This document shows, piece after piece, positions 27,501 to 40,337 of a stretch of 64,000 bases of DNA (the stretch's first letter is position 1; the number at the start of each line of letters is the position of its first letter). Under the pieces are notes generated by a model, which did not search any database, was not told the DNA's origin, and worked only from the letters and a program-made list of their open reading frames with translations. Location: positions 13,517,834-13,581,833 of the forward strand of contig CM082579.2 in assembly GCA_040954595.2 (NCBI GenBank). Direction: 5' to 3'. The stretch comes from Balanoglossus misakiensis. Lineage: Eukaryota > Animalia > Hemichordata. Both the position numbers and the translations under genes were made by a program.

Positions 27501-28649
27501 GCATGGAATTATAGTTATTATTCTGTAATTACCCAACCAAATATGTTGTCTAACTAATGGATATTTTGATTGTCAATTTGCACAGGCAACATTATTGAAG
27601 TAGCATTGAGAGTAGTTGTTAATATAGCAGAGCTTCTAACTGGAAAGAAGAGCTTAGTAAATTTATCAGCTCATAATATTCCTTTAACCAATGAACTTTA
27701 TATGAACTTGCACACCTGCGTTAAAGATACAGGGATTAATTTTCAGGAAACCTTACCAGCTCTAGTACAATTTTTTGAGCCAGAAATTGAATTACCCCCC
27801 CCCCCCCCCCCAAAAAAAATAAAAAAAATAAAAAAAATAAAAAAAAATAGTAATTTTATAAAGACACAGTCAGAAAAAAAAACAGAGAAAGCCAGCAAGG
27901 AAGGGAGAAAAGTGGAATACATGAAAGGCACAGTTTGCTTAAAATACGTGTGTATGCAGTAAAACTGTATGGTGCAACGGCGTCCATTTTTATGATTTAT
28001 AGCCAGCCAGTCTTTCCATGCATATCATACCAGAATTTAATATGAAATTCTTGTTAATGTTAATAGTCTACAAGGATAGTACAGGTAACATGTAGAAATT
28101 AAACTATCCAACTTTCTCCACTTTTGATATCTGCTCGACACAGGCAAGCAAAAGGGCCGATCTGAGACTTTGACTTGAATGATGGCAATTGCAACTGTAT
28201 AACATTTTTTTGATAGTAATATCAGCTTTATGATTGCTAAAATACACAAGAATTTAAATATTTCCACTTACTACAGTGATTAAACTGATTTTCAGCAAAT
28301 TGCAATGTATAAACAAATATTGCCATCTAATGAAATGTCAACCCAATATGGCCGCCCATTTGCAATGGTAAAATGCTAGGTTTACCATATTTGAGCGCCT
28401 GGGAATTTAAATTATAATCCAGATATCAAAAACATAAGTCACTATCTGTATCTGCACATATATTGTAATATAATCTGAAAATTTCGTGAAAATTAGATCA
28501 AACATGATTTAGACACGGAACATCAAACATTGCAAATTTTCATATTTTACCATGGTGCCATGCAAAAAATAGAGAGATTTTTTTTACAAGTTTAGATGAT
28601 CTCCTGTAAAACTGAAAGAAGTAATCTTCTGTGAATCTTACATTTTTAT
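21557..28649 (+). repeat. Three near-identical copies of a ~1.33-kb block (21557-22886, 22971-24734, 27296-28649)
   Basis: Marker ORFs recur at 21832, 23245 and 27570 (first spacing 1413 bp). Copy 2 carries a ~434-bp insertion; copy 3 has a poly-C/A expansion at ~27795-27848. Confidence 0.95.
24125..24553. mobile_element. ~430-bp palindromic insertion element present only in block copy 2
   Basis: Empty site attgtaatataatctg in copies 1 and 3. The insert has nested inverted repeats: cctcatgct/agcatgagg, aacacctatagcctggcc/ggccaggcaataggtgtt, and the central hairpin gtgagttaccagaatcatacgctatttc-actcggcctgcggcctcgg-gaaatagcatatgattctggtaactcac. Confidence 0.9.
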
Positions 28650-31600
28650 ATAATTTGGTAAAATTCTTTGAAAAATGGTGAAGATACTTGAGAATCTCAG
28701 TATTATTTGATGCGTTTGTACGCTGAAATCCGGTGAACCGATTTTGATAATTTTCTTTGTTATAACCTACTAAGATGTATAAACATTTTTATCAGAAAAA
28801 TAAACGGCAATCTTGGAGTAAATTTTTAACTGATCTTCCTTATATAATTTTAATGGTCCAGCTGTTACAGGGACCACCAGCTATTTTATTATAAACTGGT
28901 GGTAGGTCAGTGAATGCCTCTGTCTGATTGGACTAATAAATTTGTCATACTCGCATGTATTTTTACAGACAGTTTTTGGACAAAAATCAGTTGTTGTTTT
29001 TTTAGTGTAGCTTGTAAGATTGCTGTGACACATAACACTTTATTTGGCATAGTTAATTTTTTTATGTTTCCATAGTATTTAAATATTAATGCCATATATG
29101 CTTGCCAATGTCGCCCCTGAATTTAATTCTGGTGAATACCTAATTTCTGAGTAATCCCCAAAGGGCACCACAGTGTCCTTTACATTATTTTATAAGAAGT
29201 AAATTATACATAGATATGCATCTTGTTAAAAAGCCCAACAGTCATGATTTTGTTCACATGAGTACTACTGCTGCCAGGACATAACCCAAATCTTTTGATA
29301 ATTTTGGCAATGACCTTTGATCTACTATCCCATGCCTTGGCATGTACAGCAGATACAGCCTTCAAATTTGGTGTTCTTATTGACTGTGCGGTTCAATGTT
29401 TGACAATAATATCATTAGTGGTCATGTGGCTTTGGATTTTTGAAAAATATCATAAAAAAAATTCAAAAAATCTATTTCTAATCAAGTTTTCAAGTAAATT
29501 GTGATTGGGTAAACCTTATTGGAGCCAAATTGGATTTTCTGATCTCCGATAAAAGACTAAAATTTCCTATTTCTAGCGTGCTCCTTGAAACCACACAAAT
29601 TCTTTTTATGGATATGAGTCACCATAGGACCAGAATATATCAAAATTATTAGACTACTTTCAGATGTTCTTTGATCAAATTTTTACAAAACTTGATTGAA
29701 CAACTTGTTTGCGACTCTCGCATGTCCTTTGATCCAGTAATTCCAGAACTTATTTTATGTGGATATGCCTCTTGTTAAAAAGCACATCTGTCATGATTTT
29801 GTTCACATGAGTACTACTGCTGCCAGGACATAACCCAAATCTTTTAGATAATTTTGGCAATGACCTTTGATCTACTATCCCATGCCTTGGCATGTACAGC
29901 AGATACAGCCTTCAGATTTGGTGGACTGGAAAACCTTATGAAGAATTAAACTTTAACACAATAATTATGTACATAAGCTATTTCAAGTTAACCAATAGAG
30001 CTTAGAAGTCTGTTTTCTGTTGGACACAGCTCAGTTTGATATCAAAATTTGTTGGCCCAAATTTGCGTGACCTCTGGCTTACTTACAATTTCTCAGCATC
30101 AATAACAGATACAGCCTTTGCTTTCTGTTGGAACCATGCTAACCACTTTGGTCCCTCCAATGCTGCTTTTAGTTGTAATTGTCTTGTTCATGGCGGCCAT
30201 ATTGGATTTTCGGTTAACCTTTAAAAGGTGACATTTTTTTCAAAAACTACAGGGCCAATCAAGTTCAAATTGGCTGTGCGGTTCAATGTTTGACAATAAT
30301 ATCGTTAGTGGTCATGTGGCTTTGGATTTTTGAAAAATAGAATAAAAAAATTTCAAAACATTTATTTCTAATCAAGTTTTCAAGTAAAATGTGATTGGGT
30401 AAACCTTATTGGAGCCAAATTGGATTTTCTGATCTCCGATAAAAGACTAAAATTTCCTATTTCTAGCGTGCTCATTGAAACCACACAAATTCTTTTTATG
30501 GATACGAGTCACCATAGGACCAGAATATATCATAATTATTAGACTACTTCCACATGTTCTTTGATCCAGTAATTCCAGAACATATTTTATGTGGATATGC
30601 CTCTTGTTAAAAAGCACAACAGTCATGATTTTGTTCACATGAGTACTACTGCTGCCAGGACATAACCCAAATCTTTTGATAATTTTGGCAATGACCTTTG
30701 ATCTACTATCCCATGCCTTGGCATGTACAGCAGATACAGCCTTCAAATTTGGTGGACTGCAACACCCAATAAAGTATTAAACTTTTACACAATAATTTTG
30801 TACATAATCTATTTCAAGTTAACCAATAGAGCTTAGAAATCTGGTTTTTTGTTTGACACTGATCAGTTTAAGATCAAACATTTGTGTCACAATTTTGCGT
30901 GACCTCTGGCTTACTTTACCATTTCTTTGCATCCACAACAAAATCAAATCAAATCAATCAAGCAAAAAAGTTTATATAGCGCCAAAATCCAAAAAGAAAT
31001 TTTGCCCAATGACGCTCACGGTTAAACCACACTGTATGCTCTTTCGAACATATGAGTTTTCATATGATTTTTTTAACAAAACATCCTTTGCTTTCTGTTG
31101 GAACCATGCTAACTGCTTGGGCCCATCCCATTTCTTCTTAATGGCGGCCATATTGGATATTATGATAACACTTAAAAATTTACATCTTTTCAACAACTAC
31201 AAGGCAAATCAAGTTCTAATTTACTGTGCGGTTTAATGTTTGACAATAATATCATTAGTGGTCATGTCACTTTGGTTGCCATATTGGATTTTTGAAAAAT
31301 CTCATGAAAAATTTCACAAATCTTTTCCTAATCACGTTTTCAAGTGAATTGTGATTGGTTTATCCTAATTAAAGCCAAATCGGATTTTCTAAACACACGA
31401 TTTAAAAAAAATCCTATTTCTAGCCTACCCAAATTCTTTTAATAGATATGAGTCACCACATGACCAGATTATATTACAATTTTTGGGCAATTTTCGAATG
31501 TCCTTTGATCCATTTTTTCCAGAACTTAATTGTGCGTGGATATGCTTCTTGTCAAAAAGCACACCAGTCATGATTTTGTTCACAGGAGTTTTGCATCTAT

Positions 31601-34600
31601 AACAGATGCAGCCTTTGCTTTCTGCTGCTAGGAAATAAACAAAATATTTAGAGGACTGAAACACCTAATGAAGTATTAAACTTTAACACAATAATTATGT
31701 ACATAAGCAATTTCAAGTTAACCAATAGAGCTGAGAAGTCTGTTTTCTGTTGGACACAGCTCAGTTTGATATCGAAATTTGTTGGCCCAAATTTGCGTGA
31801 CCTCTCGCTTACTTACCATTTCTCAGCATCCATAACAGATACAGCCTTTGCTTTCTGTTCGAACCATGCTAACCGCTTTGGTCCCTCCAATGCTGCTTTT
31901 AGTATTAATTGTCTTCTTCATGGTGGCCATATTGGATTTTCGGATAACCTTTAAAACTTGACATTTTTTTCAAAAAATACAGGGCCAATCAAGTTCTAAT
32001 TTACTGTGCGGTTCAATGTTTGACAATAATAGTATCAGTAGTGGTCATGTGGCTTTGGATGCATAATTGGATTTTTGAAAAATATCATAAAACAAATCAA
32101 AAATCTATTTCTAATCAAGTTTTCAAGTAAATTGTGATTGGTTAAAACTAATTGGACCCATATTGGATTTTCTGATCTCCGATTAAAAACTAAAATTTCC
32201 TATTTCTAGCCTACTCATTGAAAGCACACAAATATTTTTTATGGATATGAGTCACCATATGACAAGAATATATTTCAATTTGCTGGTGACTCTCGCATCT
32301 CCTTTGATACAGTAATTCCAGAACTAAATTTTATGTGGATATGCCTCTTGTTAAAAGCACAACAGTCATGATTTTGTTCACATTAGTACTACTGCTGCCA
32401 GGACATAACACATATATTTTGATAATTTTGGCAATTACCTTTGATGTACTTCCCCATAACTTGGCATGCACAGCAGATACATTCTTCAAATTTGGAGGAC
32501 TTAAACACCTAATGAAGTTTAAACTTTAACACAATATTTATGTACATAAGCTTTTTCAAATTAACCAATAGAGTTAGAAGTCTGGCTTTTTGTTGGATAC
32601 GGATCAGTGTGATATCAAATTTTGTTAGCACAATTTTGCATGACCTCTGACTTACTTAACCATTTCTCAGCATCCATAACAGATACAGCCTTTGCTTTGT
32701 GTTGGAACCATGCTAACCACTTTGGCCCCTGCAATGCTGCATGTTGCTTTAATTGTCTCCTTCATGGTTGCCATATAGGATATTCTGATAATCTATAAAA
32801 GTTGACTTTCTTCAAAAGTGCAGGGCGAATCAAGTTCTAATTTACTGTTCACAAAGTTTGACAATAATATCATTAGTGGTCATGTGACTTTGGATGCCTT
32901 ATTGGATTTTTGAAAATCTCATTAAAAAATCTCATTTATTTTTCCTAATCATGTTCTCAAGTGAATTGTGATTGGTTTAACCTTATTGGAGCCAAATTGA
33001 ATTTTCTAAAATCCGATTAACAAATACATTTTCCTATTTCTTGCCTACTAATTGATAGCACACAACTATTTTTTATGGATACGAGTCACCATATGACTAG
33101 AATACGTTACATTTTTTGGCAACTTTCACACATTCTCTAATCCATTTTTGTTCACTACTTAATTTTATGTGGATATGCCTCTTGTTAAAAAGCACAACAG
33201 TCATGATTTTGTTCACATGAGTACTACTGCTGCCAGGACATAACCCAAATCTTTTGATAACTTTGGCAATGACCTTTGATCTACTATCCCATGCCTTGGA
33301 ATGTACAGCAGATACAGCCTTCAAATTTTTAGGACTGGAATACCTAATGAAGTATTAAACGTTAACACAATAATTATGTACATAAGCAATTTCAAGTTAA
33401 CCAATATAGCTTAGAAGTCTGGATTTTGTTGGACACTGATCAGTTTGATATCAAAATTTGTTGGCACAATTTTGCATGACATCTGGCTTACTTTACCATT
33501 TCTCGGCATCTGCTACAGATACAGCCTTTGCTTTCTGTTGGAACCATGCTAACCACATTCGTCCCTCCAATGCTGCTTTTAGCTTTGTCTTCGTCATGGC
33601 AGCCATATTGGATTTTCTGATAACCTTTAAAAGTTGACTCTTTTCAAAAATTACAAGGCCAATAAAGTTCTAATTTACTGTGCGGTTCCAATTTTTTCAA
33701 TAATAATGTTAGTGGTCATGTGACTTTGGATTTATTATGGATTTTTGAAAAATCTCATTAAAAATGTCAAAAATCTTTTTCTACTGAAGTTTTCAAGTGA
33801 ATTGTGATTGGTTCAACCTTATTGGATAAAACTTTTGTATGGATACGAGTCGCCATATGACCAGAATACATGTTTTTGATCCAGTTTTCTCAGAGCTTGA
33901 TTATACAAAATTTTGACAACTACACATGTCCTTTGATCCAGTGTTTTCTGAACTTAATTGTATGTGGATACGATTCCTGTTAAAAAGCACAACAGTCATG
34001 ATTTTGTTTACATGAGTACTGCTGCTGCCGGAACATAACCTTATTTTTTTATAATTTTGGCAATGACCTTTGATCTACGTTCCCATAACCTGGCATGCAC
34101 AGCAGATGCATGTTTCAAATTTAGAGGACTGGAACACCTAATGAAGTACTTTACCATTTCTTGGCATCCACAACAGATACAGCCTTTGCTTTCTTTTGAA
34201 ACCATGCTAACCAGTTTAGCCCCTGCAATGCTGCTTGTAAGTTTAATTGTCTTCTTCATGACGGCCATATTGGATTTTCTGATAATTTCTACAAGTTGAC
34301 ATATTTTTTCAAAACTGCAGGGCAAATCAATTACTAATTGACTGTCCGGTTCAAAGTTTGACAATAATATCATTAGTGGTCATGTGACTTTTGATGCCTT
34401 ATTGGATTTTTGAAAATCTCATTATAATTGTCATTTTTTTATCTAATCAAGTTTTCAAGTGAATTTTGATTGGTTAAATCTCATTGGAGCCAAATTAGAT
34501 TTTCTAAACTCCGATTAAGAACTAAATTTTCCTATTTTTAGCCTATGCATTGATTGCATACAAATTCCTTTAATGAATACGAGTCACCATACGACTAGAA

Positions 34601-35600
34601 TATGTTACAATTTTTTGGCAACTTTCACATGTCCTTTGATCCAACCTTTTTCAACACCTAATAATACAAATTTTTGGCAACTTTCATTTGTTCTTTGATC
34701 CAGATCTTTCAGAACTTAATTAAAGCTTATTGAAGCCAAATTGGATTTTATGAATTCTGATTAAAAACTAAAATTTCCTTTTTCTGGGCTACTCATTGAT
34801 TGCACACCAATTCTTTTTATAGATACGAGTCTTCATATGACCAGAATACATTGCATTTTTTTGGCAACTTTCGCATGTATTTTGATCTAGTTTTTTTCAG
34901 AACTTAATTATTCGTGGATGTGCCTCTTGTTGAAAAGCACAACAGTGATGATTTTTGTCACATTACTGCTGCCAGGACATATTTTGGCATTGAACTTCGT
35001 TCTACATTTGGCACCTGTATTCTTTTCTGAATATCTTATTGCGGCAAGACTAGTAGCACTAGAGGTTTGGTTTTTGATGTATATGGACAAGTATGGGACT
35101 TAGGTATTTTTGTTACATTTGGAATCCACTGGACCAATGTTGACCTTATTAAATATGTGCATATCTAATGCTGAGCTTACCCATATTGTTACAGGTTGAA
35201 TTTTTTATGAACATGCTCTACTTTTGGACTTAATTTTTTTGCTGAATTTCTTGACCAATGATAATCTTATAAATATGTGCTTACGTAATTGTAGACTAGA
35301 CAATGAAGCTTTGAGTCTGGGTTTCCTTGAACATAGACCACTATGCAATCAAAAATTTTTTCTGACATTTTTGATGGCTTTGGTTTTGGACATTTTTGAT
35401 GGACCTATTTTTCCATGCCTTGGCATGCACAGCAGATAACGTCTTACAATTTTGAAGGCTGGAACACCTAATAACCAGGTTAACCAATAGAGCCAGAAGT
35501 CTTGTTTTTCATTTTACACTGATCATTTTGGAAGAAAAATTTGTTGACAATTTTGGGTGAGCTCTTGGTGACCTTTGATCAACTTTCCTATAAACATAGC
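24735..35600 (+). repeat. Irregular tandem array (~0.65-1 kb units) of Helentron/HINE-derived 3' segments
   Basis: Anchor ggaaccatgctaacc(g/a)ctttgg(t/c)ccct..aatgctgc recurs at ~22890, 24738, 25682, 26334, 27214, 30130, 31100, 31860, 32704, 33540 and 34198. Each is followed by atggcggccatattggatttt and shuffled internal modules. The anchor is homologous to the 3' end of the element at 35725-37762. Confidence 0.85.
30944..31074 (-). mobile_element. 131-bp 5'-truncated L2/CR1-type LINE 3' end with TSD
   Basis: Absent from the paralogous unit at ~26308 and flanked by a 7-bp TSD AACAAAA. The minus strand reads KNHMKTHMFERAYSVV* (the LKTHLF-type ORF2 end), then gcgctatataaa and a (TTTGA)n tail. 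Confidence 0.85.
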
Positions 35601-35724
35601 AGATATAGCATTGGCACTCTCTGGTATCCATAGGAACTGCTTAGACCTAGCCAATGTTGGTCGCACCTTATTTTTTTTTATTAATTGACCATATGTACCC
35701 CTTGACCCTCAGTTTGTTGGGTTG

Positions 35725-37762
35725 GGCTGGCTTGCCACATTAATGCTATCATAAGGGGCACAAGCCAGGCGAGGTAGATCTGGAAAACCGCAGCACCTAC
35801 AGGGCTGAAACTTGGTAGGGTGATAGGGGCCAATGAGTAGACCTAGAGTGGCCGTGAATATTTAATTAGTCACGTGACCTGGCGGCCATATTAGATTTTC
35901 CGAAAACCGTTAAATGACTCCTTCTCAAAAACTACTGGGCCAATCGAGTTCAAATTTTGTGTGCAGGTAGCCTACCTTCTGTCCATCATTTTACCCCATT
36001 GAAATCATGATGTCAAATATAAAGTTTTTTTGCTACAATTTCTTTTCTGAAAAACTACTTAAAACTTTTAAAATCTTCTTCTCCAGAAGCAGTGATCGCC
36101 GAGTTATGGGATTCGGGGTATGCAGTCACCTAACCTATGTCTTTCAAGTTTGCGAAGTGCACTGTGATTGGTCGATCATTATGGCGGCCATATTGGATTT
36201 CCTGAAAACCATTGAAAAATGTAAATTCCGTTCTATAGCCAAAATGTTGACACCAAGGAAATTATTTTTGTGGATATAAGTCATCATATAACCGGAACTT
36301 GTCACAATTTTGGGGGGCAATTTTCACATGACCTTTGACCCAGTTTTAAACCAACTAATTATATACCGTAGTTTGCCGGGTAAGAGCCCCGGGTGCTGGG
36401 CCAACAGATTAGCGAAAAAACAGGGGGGGGGGCTTTAGCCCGGATATGGCCTCGAGATTTATGCAAATGAGGGATGGCCACCTCGACTTTTATGCAAATT
36501 TTTGAGTGGTTCATTCTCCGAGTCCAAGTCGGGATCTTCCAATGTTGGGTGTTTCGCGTCGAGGACGGACTGAAGCAGCTCCACGCGGCCGCTTTGGAAA
36601 GCTCCCCGGTGACCTCACACGCGGCAGCGCGTCCATCTACGTGATCGTTGAATTCGAGGCACGGTCCCGAGGGACCTGTCTGAGGTCATGTTTTCTAGAG
36701 CGGCTATATATAACTCAGCGTGGCCAGTCGGCCGCGGTGGGTACGATAATCAGCGCGAAAGTAAATCATCATACATTTTTTTTTCACTTTTAGTGACTTT
36801 GGGGATGAAAATCCGCCTTTTTTGCATTGCACTTTATTAAATTTCCAAGAATTTAATGGATATTCGGCCGGGGGGGGGGGGGGGGGGGGGGGGCTTTAGA
36901 CCGAATATGGCCTCGATCTACAAATGGGCCCTAAAACCAGGGGGGGGGCGTTTGTCCGAGCAGGGGTTCTTACCCGGCAAACTACGGTATGCATATTCCC
37001 CATACCTCCTCTTTTAAAAGCACTACAGTCATGAATTTTGTGGACATGGGTACCAATGCTGTCAGGACATGACACAAATATTTTGGCAATGACCTTTGAC
37101 CTATTTCTGAAACATCATTTTTCTGCATATCTAAATCCAGGCTAACCAATAGGGCTCCAGGTCTGGTTTTTGTTGGACATGGCCCACTATGGGGTCAAAC
37201 GTTTATGCCCAAATTTTGGGTGACCTTTGACCTACTTTCCCATATCTCAGCTTCCAGAGCAGTTACAGCCCTGGCTATTGGGGGATTGACCACCTAATAG
37301 AGTCTTACACAATACCTCATTAATTATGTGCATATCTTATTCCAAGCTAACCAACAGGGCTAGATGTTTGGTTTTTGTTGTATAAGGACATATGTGGTGT
37401 CAAAATTTTTGCTCAAATTTTGGTGACCTCAGGTGACCTTTGACCTTCTTCCCTATATCTCGGCATCCAGACAGGATAGAGCCTTGGCTTTAGGAGGGAT
37501 TGAACACCTTTTGGGGTCTTTTATGTTACCTCATTAATTATGCACATATCTAATTCCAGGCTAACCAATAGGGCTAGAGGTTTGGTTTTTGTTGGTCATG
37601 GACAAGTATGGTGTCAAAATGTTTCGCCCAAATTTGGGTGAACTCAGGTGACCTTTGACCTACTTTCCCATATCTTGGTATCCACAGCAGATACAGCTTT
37701 GGGATTCGCTGGTTACCATGGGAACCGTTTGTGCCCCACCAACGCTGCTTGCAGCTTTAATT
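35725..37762 (+). mobile_element. Complete-looking non-autonomous Helentron (HINE/DINE-1-like) element
   Basis: 5' subTIR GGGGCACAAGC (35755-35765) inside a short 5' inverted repeat (ggcttg...caagcc). 3' subTIR GTTTGTGCCCC (37727-37737) followed by the hairpin GCTGC-TT-GCAGC (37744-37755) and a T-rich end. Internal ~200-bp tandem repeats carry gacctttgacc. Confidence 0.7.
36366..36987. mobile_element. TA-flanked MITE (Tc1/mariner-pogo type), 622 bp, nested in the HINE
   Basis: TIR CCGTAGTTTGCCGGGTAAGA / TCTTACCCGGCAAACTACGG with TA on both sides. GC/CpG-rich interior with G runs and a subterminal direct repeat gggctttag(c/a)ccg(g/a)atatggcctcga. Confidence 0.92.
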
Positions 37763-37884
37763 ATCATTGATTTCATGTATTTAATTCTTTCATTCTTTTT
37801 TCTTCTGTAGGTCCCACCGGTACTCTTCTTCTTCTCTCTCTCTTCCTTTCTTTCTTTCTTTTTTCTCTCTTCTCTTCTTTTTTT

Positions 37885-38490
37885 CCCTGTAGGCCCCAAT
37901 GGTAACACCATAATCAACCTACTAACGTAAAATTTGATGGATGGGTGGAGCGGAGTGTCAACCATAGTCAACCTACTAATATAAACTTTGATGGATGGAT
38001 GGAGCGGAGCGTCAACCATAGTCAACCTACTAATATTAAACTTTGATGGATGGATGGGAGAGGAGCGTCAACCATAGTCAACCTACTAAATATAAACTTT
38101 GATGGATGGATGGGGCGGAGCGTCAACCATAGTCAACCTGCTGAAATATAAACTTTGATGGATGGATGGTGCCATGGAGCGTCAACTTAAACGATGGAGA
38201 AGTGGAAGGATGGAGAAGAAGAGTTTTTTTCTCTTTTTTCTCTTTTTTTTCCTGTAGGGCTCACTGGTAACACCATAATCAACCTACTAACGTAAAATTT
38301 GATGGATGGATGGATGGAGCGGAGTGTCAACCATAGTCAACCTACTAATATTAAACTTTGATGGATGGATGGAGCGGAGCGTCAACCATAGTCAACCTGC
38401 TGAAATATAAACTTTGGTGGATGGATGGTGCCGTGGAGCGTCAACTTAAAGGATGGAGATGTGGAAGGATGGAGAAGTGGAGTTTCAACA
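37885..38490. repeat. ~54-bp minisatellite in two duplicated blocks
   Basis: Unit aaccatagtcaacctactaatataaactttgatggatggatggagcggagcgtc, about 5 copies at 37906-38190 and 3 at 38271-38450. Each block starts with a pyrimidine tract plus cctgtagg and ends gatggagaagtgga. Confidence 0.9.
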
Positions 38491-40295
38491 TAATAAACCT
38501 ATTGACCGAAATTATGAGGTAGAGTTATATAGGAGTACAAAACGAAGTGATCGTAATATAAAACTTAATAGTCCAATAAATCAGGTTAACAATTGGTAGT
38601 GATTACTTATGCTAAAATGAGGTTAACAGCAATGGCTTTGTGCAGGGTATGATAATAGGTTCATAAATGTGTATGGTATAATAAAGGCGAACAAATATGA
38701 ATGGTTTAATAAAAGGGTTACAAATGTGATGATGGCTTATGGTAAAATTTGAGTGTACACAGGTTATACAGGGGTAACAGTGGTTTTTTTGGATGAAGGG
38801 AATGATAATAGGGTAACAAATGTGACTAGTATAAAAGGTATAATAATGGGTTTATAATATGATGATGACTTGTGTACACAGGTTATAATGGGTATATGAA
38901 TGAGAAGGGTATAATAAATGGTGATAACTGTGTCGGGTTTAATAAAGGTAACAATCATGGAAGGGTATAATAACGATTAATAATTGCGGTGATGGCTTAT
39001 GGTGATATTAAGTATACAAGGGTGTTAATATTGATGATGATGACAGAGGTATAATAATGATATAACATTAAATAAGTGTCCAGGGTCTAATAATCATGTT
39101 GGTTCATTAATTGGTTAATGTGTATGTTTTATGAATAACATGCTATTATTTCTCAGATAGATAATACTCGTCAGCATCGTTATTCGGTGGAATTTCTCGC
39201 AACGGTACCCGTGATCGTATTCGCGCATGGACACATTGTACGCGACAGACAGGCAGAACATGTTAGGTTAGCTAAACCTCCCCACCCCATCCAAATTCCA
39301 AATTTAGCTTAGATCATGGGGTGAGAGGAGGAGAGGACAGTTTTTTTTTCCTCTTTTGTAACTGGTCTGAGGTTTTTAACTGCCCTTTAGGCGCGTAAAT
39401 TAGATATGTAATCATACAAGTAGTTATCTTGCTTTATTTGAAAACAATTATGATAGAGCTCTGCGAGATTATGTACACGATAGTGTGTTATATAATGCTA
39501 AGGTAAAAGTAAACTTAACCCACTAACCCATCACTCTATTGTGTGCATAATTTGCAGATGCTATTTTGACTGGCCCATTGTCACAGTTCAACCACATGAC
39601 ACCTTGTTTCAAAAAGAGCAGAAACTATTTGTGTTAATTTCTTTCAGGTTAACTACATGACACATTGTTTCAAATTGGCCTGCAAGATTTACTACTTGAA
39701 CCTCCACCCCCCTCCAGCCCCCCCCCCCCCCCCCCCCAAAAACAAAATACAAATAAAAAATTAGGGATTAATCAATCGCTATATTATGAACATTCACATG
39801 AAAATTATGCAACCAAATTAGAGGTATTCTGGAGGCGTCTTCTGATGTCAGGTGGTTCAAATCCACCAATACCTAAGCTGGAAACATAACTTTTCATTGG
39901 TGTTCATATATGGCAAATAAAACATGCATATTCATATTCTCAAATTTCAGAAATGAACAAATTGAAGTAGATTCTTTTCGATATGCCTTTATAAACCAAC
40001 TGTAATCCTATTTTACCCACTTTACTCAAAATGTTGTGTTTAAATTGCCCACAAGTAAGTCTTTTCTTATCTGCATATATTCATAATGTTTTCCGCAAAG
40101 TGTACAACTGCATGTCTTGTGATCAGTATTGTGACATCTAAGAAGAACGGGAACTGGTCAGAGAACTGGGATATGGGAGCTGACAAACTGAGTTGTTGGA
40201 AATTCAAAGAGACTAATTTGCACTTTTCCACATTTTCTTGAAATCTGACTAGGAGCTAAACAAGGCACCATACAGAAAGGTCATTCTGTCACATA

Positions 40296-40337
40296 GTCAT
40301 AGTCCAGTGGTTAGAGGATCATGGGTTCGAACCCTGT
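40296..40337 (+). promoter_or_regulatory. tRNA-derived (SINE-head-like) Pol III A-box/B-box remnant
   Basis: A box TAGTCCAGTGG (40300-40310) plus TTAG and B box GGTTCGAACCC (40324-40334). Only 13 nt lie between them, so the anticodon arm is missing. Confidence 0.6.

Noticed and set aside
21832-27962. Three-copy 80-130-aa ORF (MSICTGNIIEV...) as a gene family
   Set aside because: TTG start, ends in homopolymer runs, lies within a recent block duplication, and is probably antisense to a decayed LINE fragment.
37660-38025. 121-aa ORF with repeated MVDAPLHPSIK and a K/E/R-rich tract
   Set aside because: It is a translation of the 54-bp minisatellite and a pyrimidine tract.
40296-40337. Functional tRNA gene
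   Set aside because: Only the D-arm and T-arm boxes are present, with no anticodon arm or acceptor-stem pairing.
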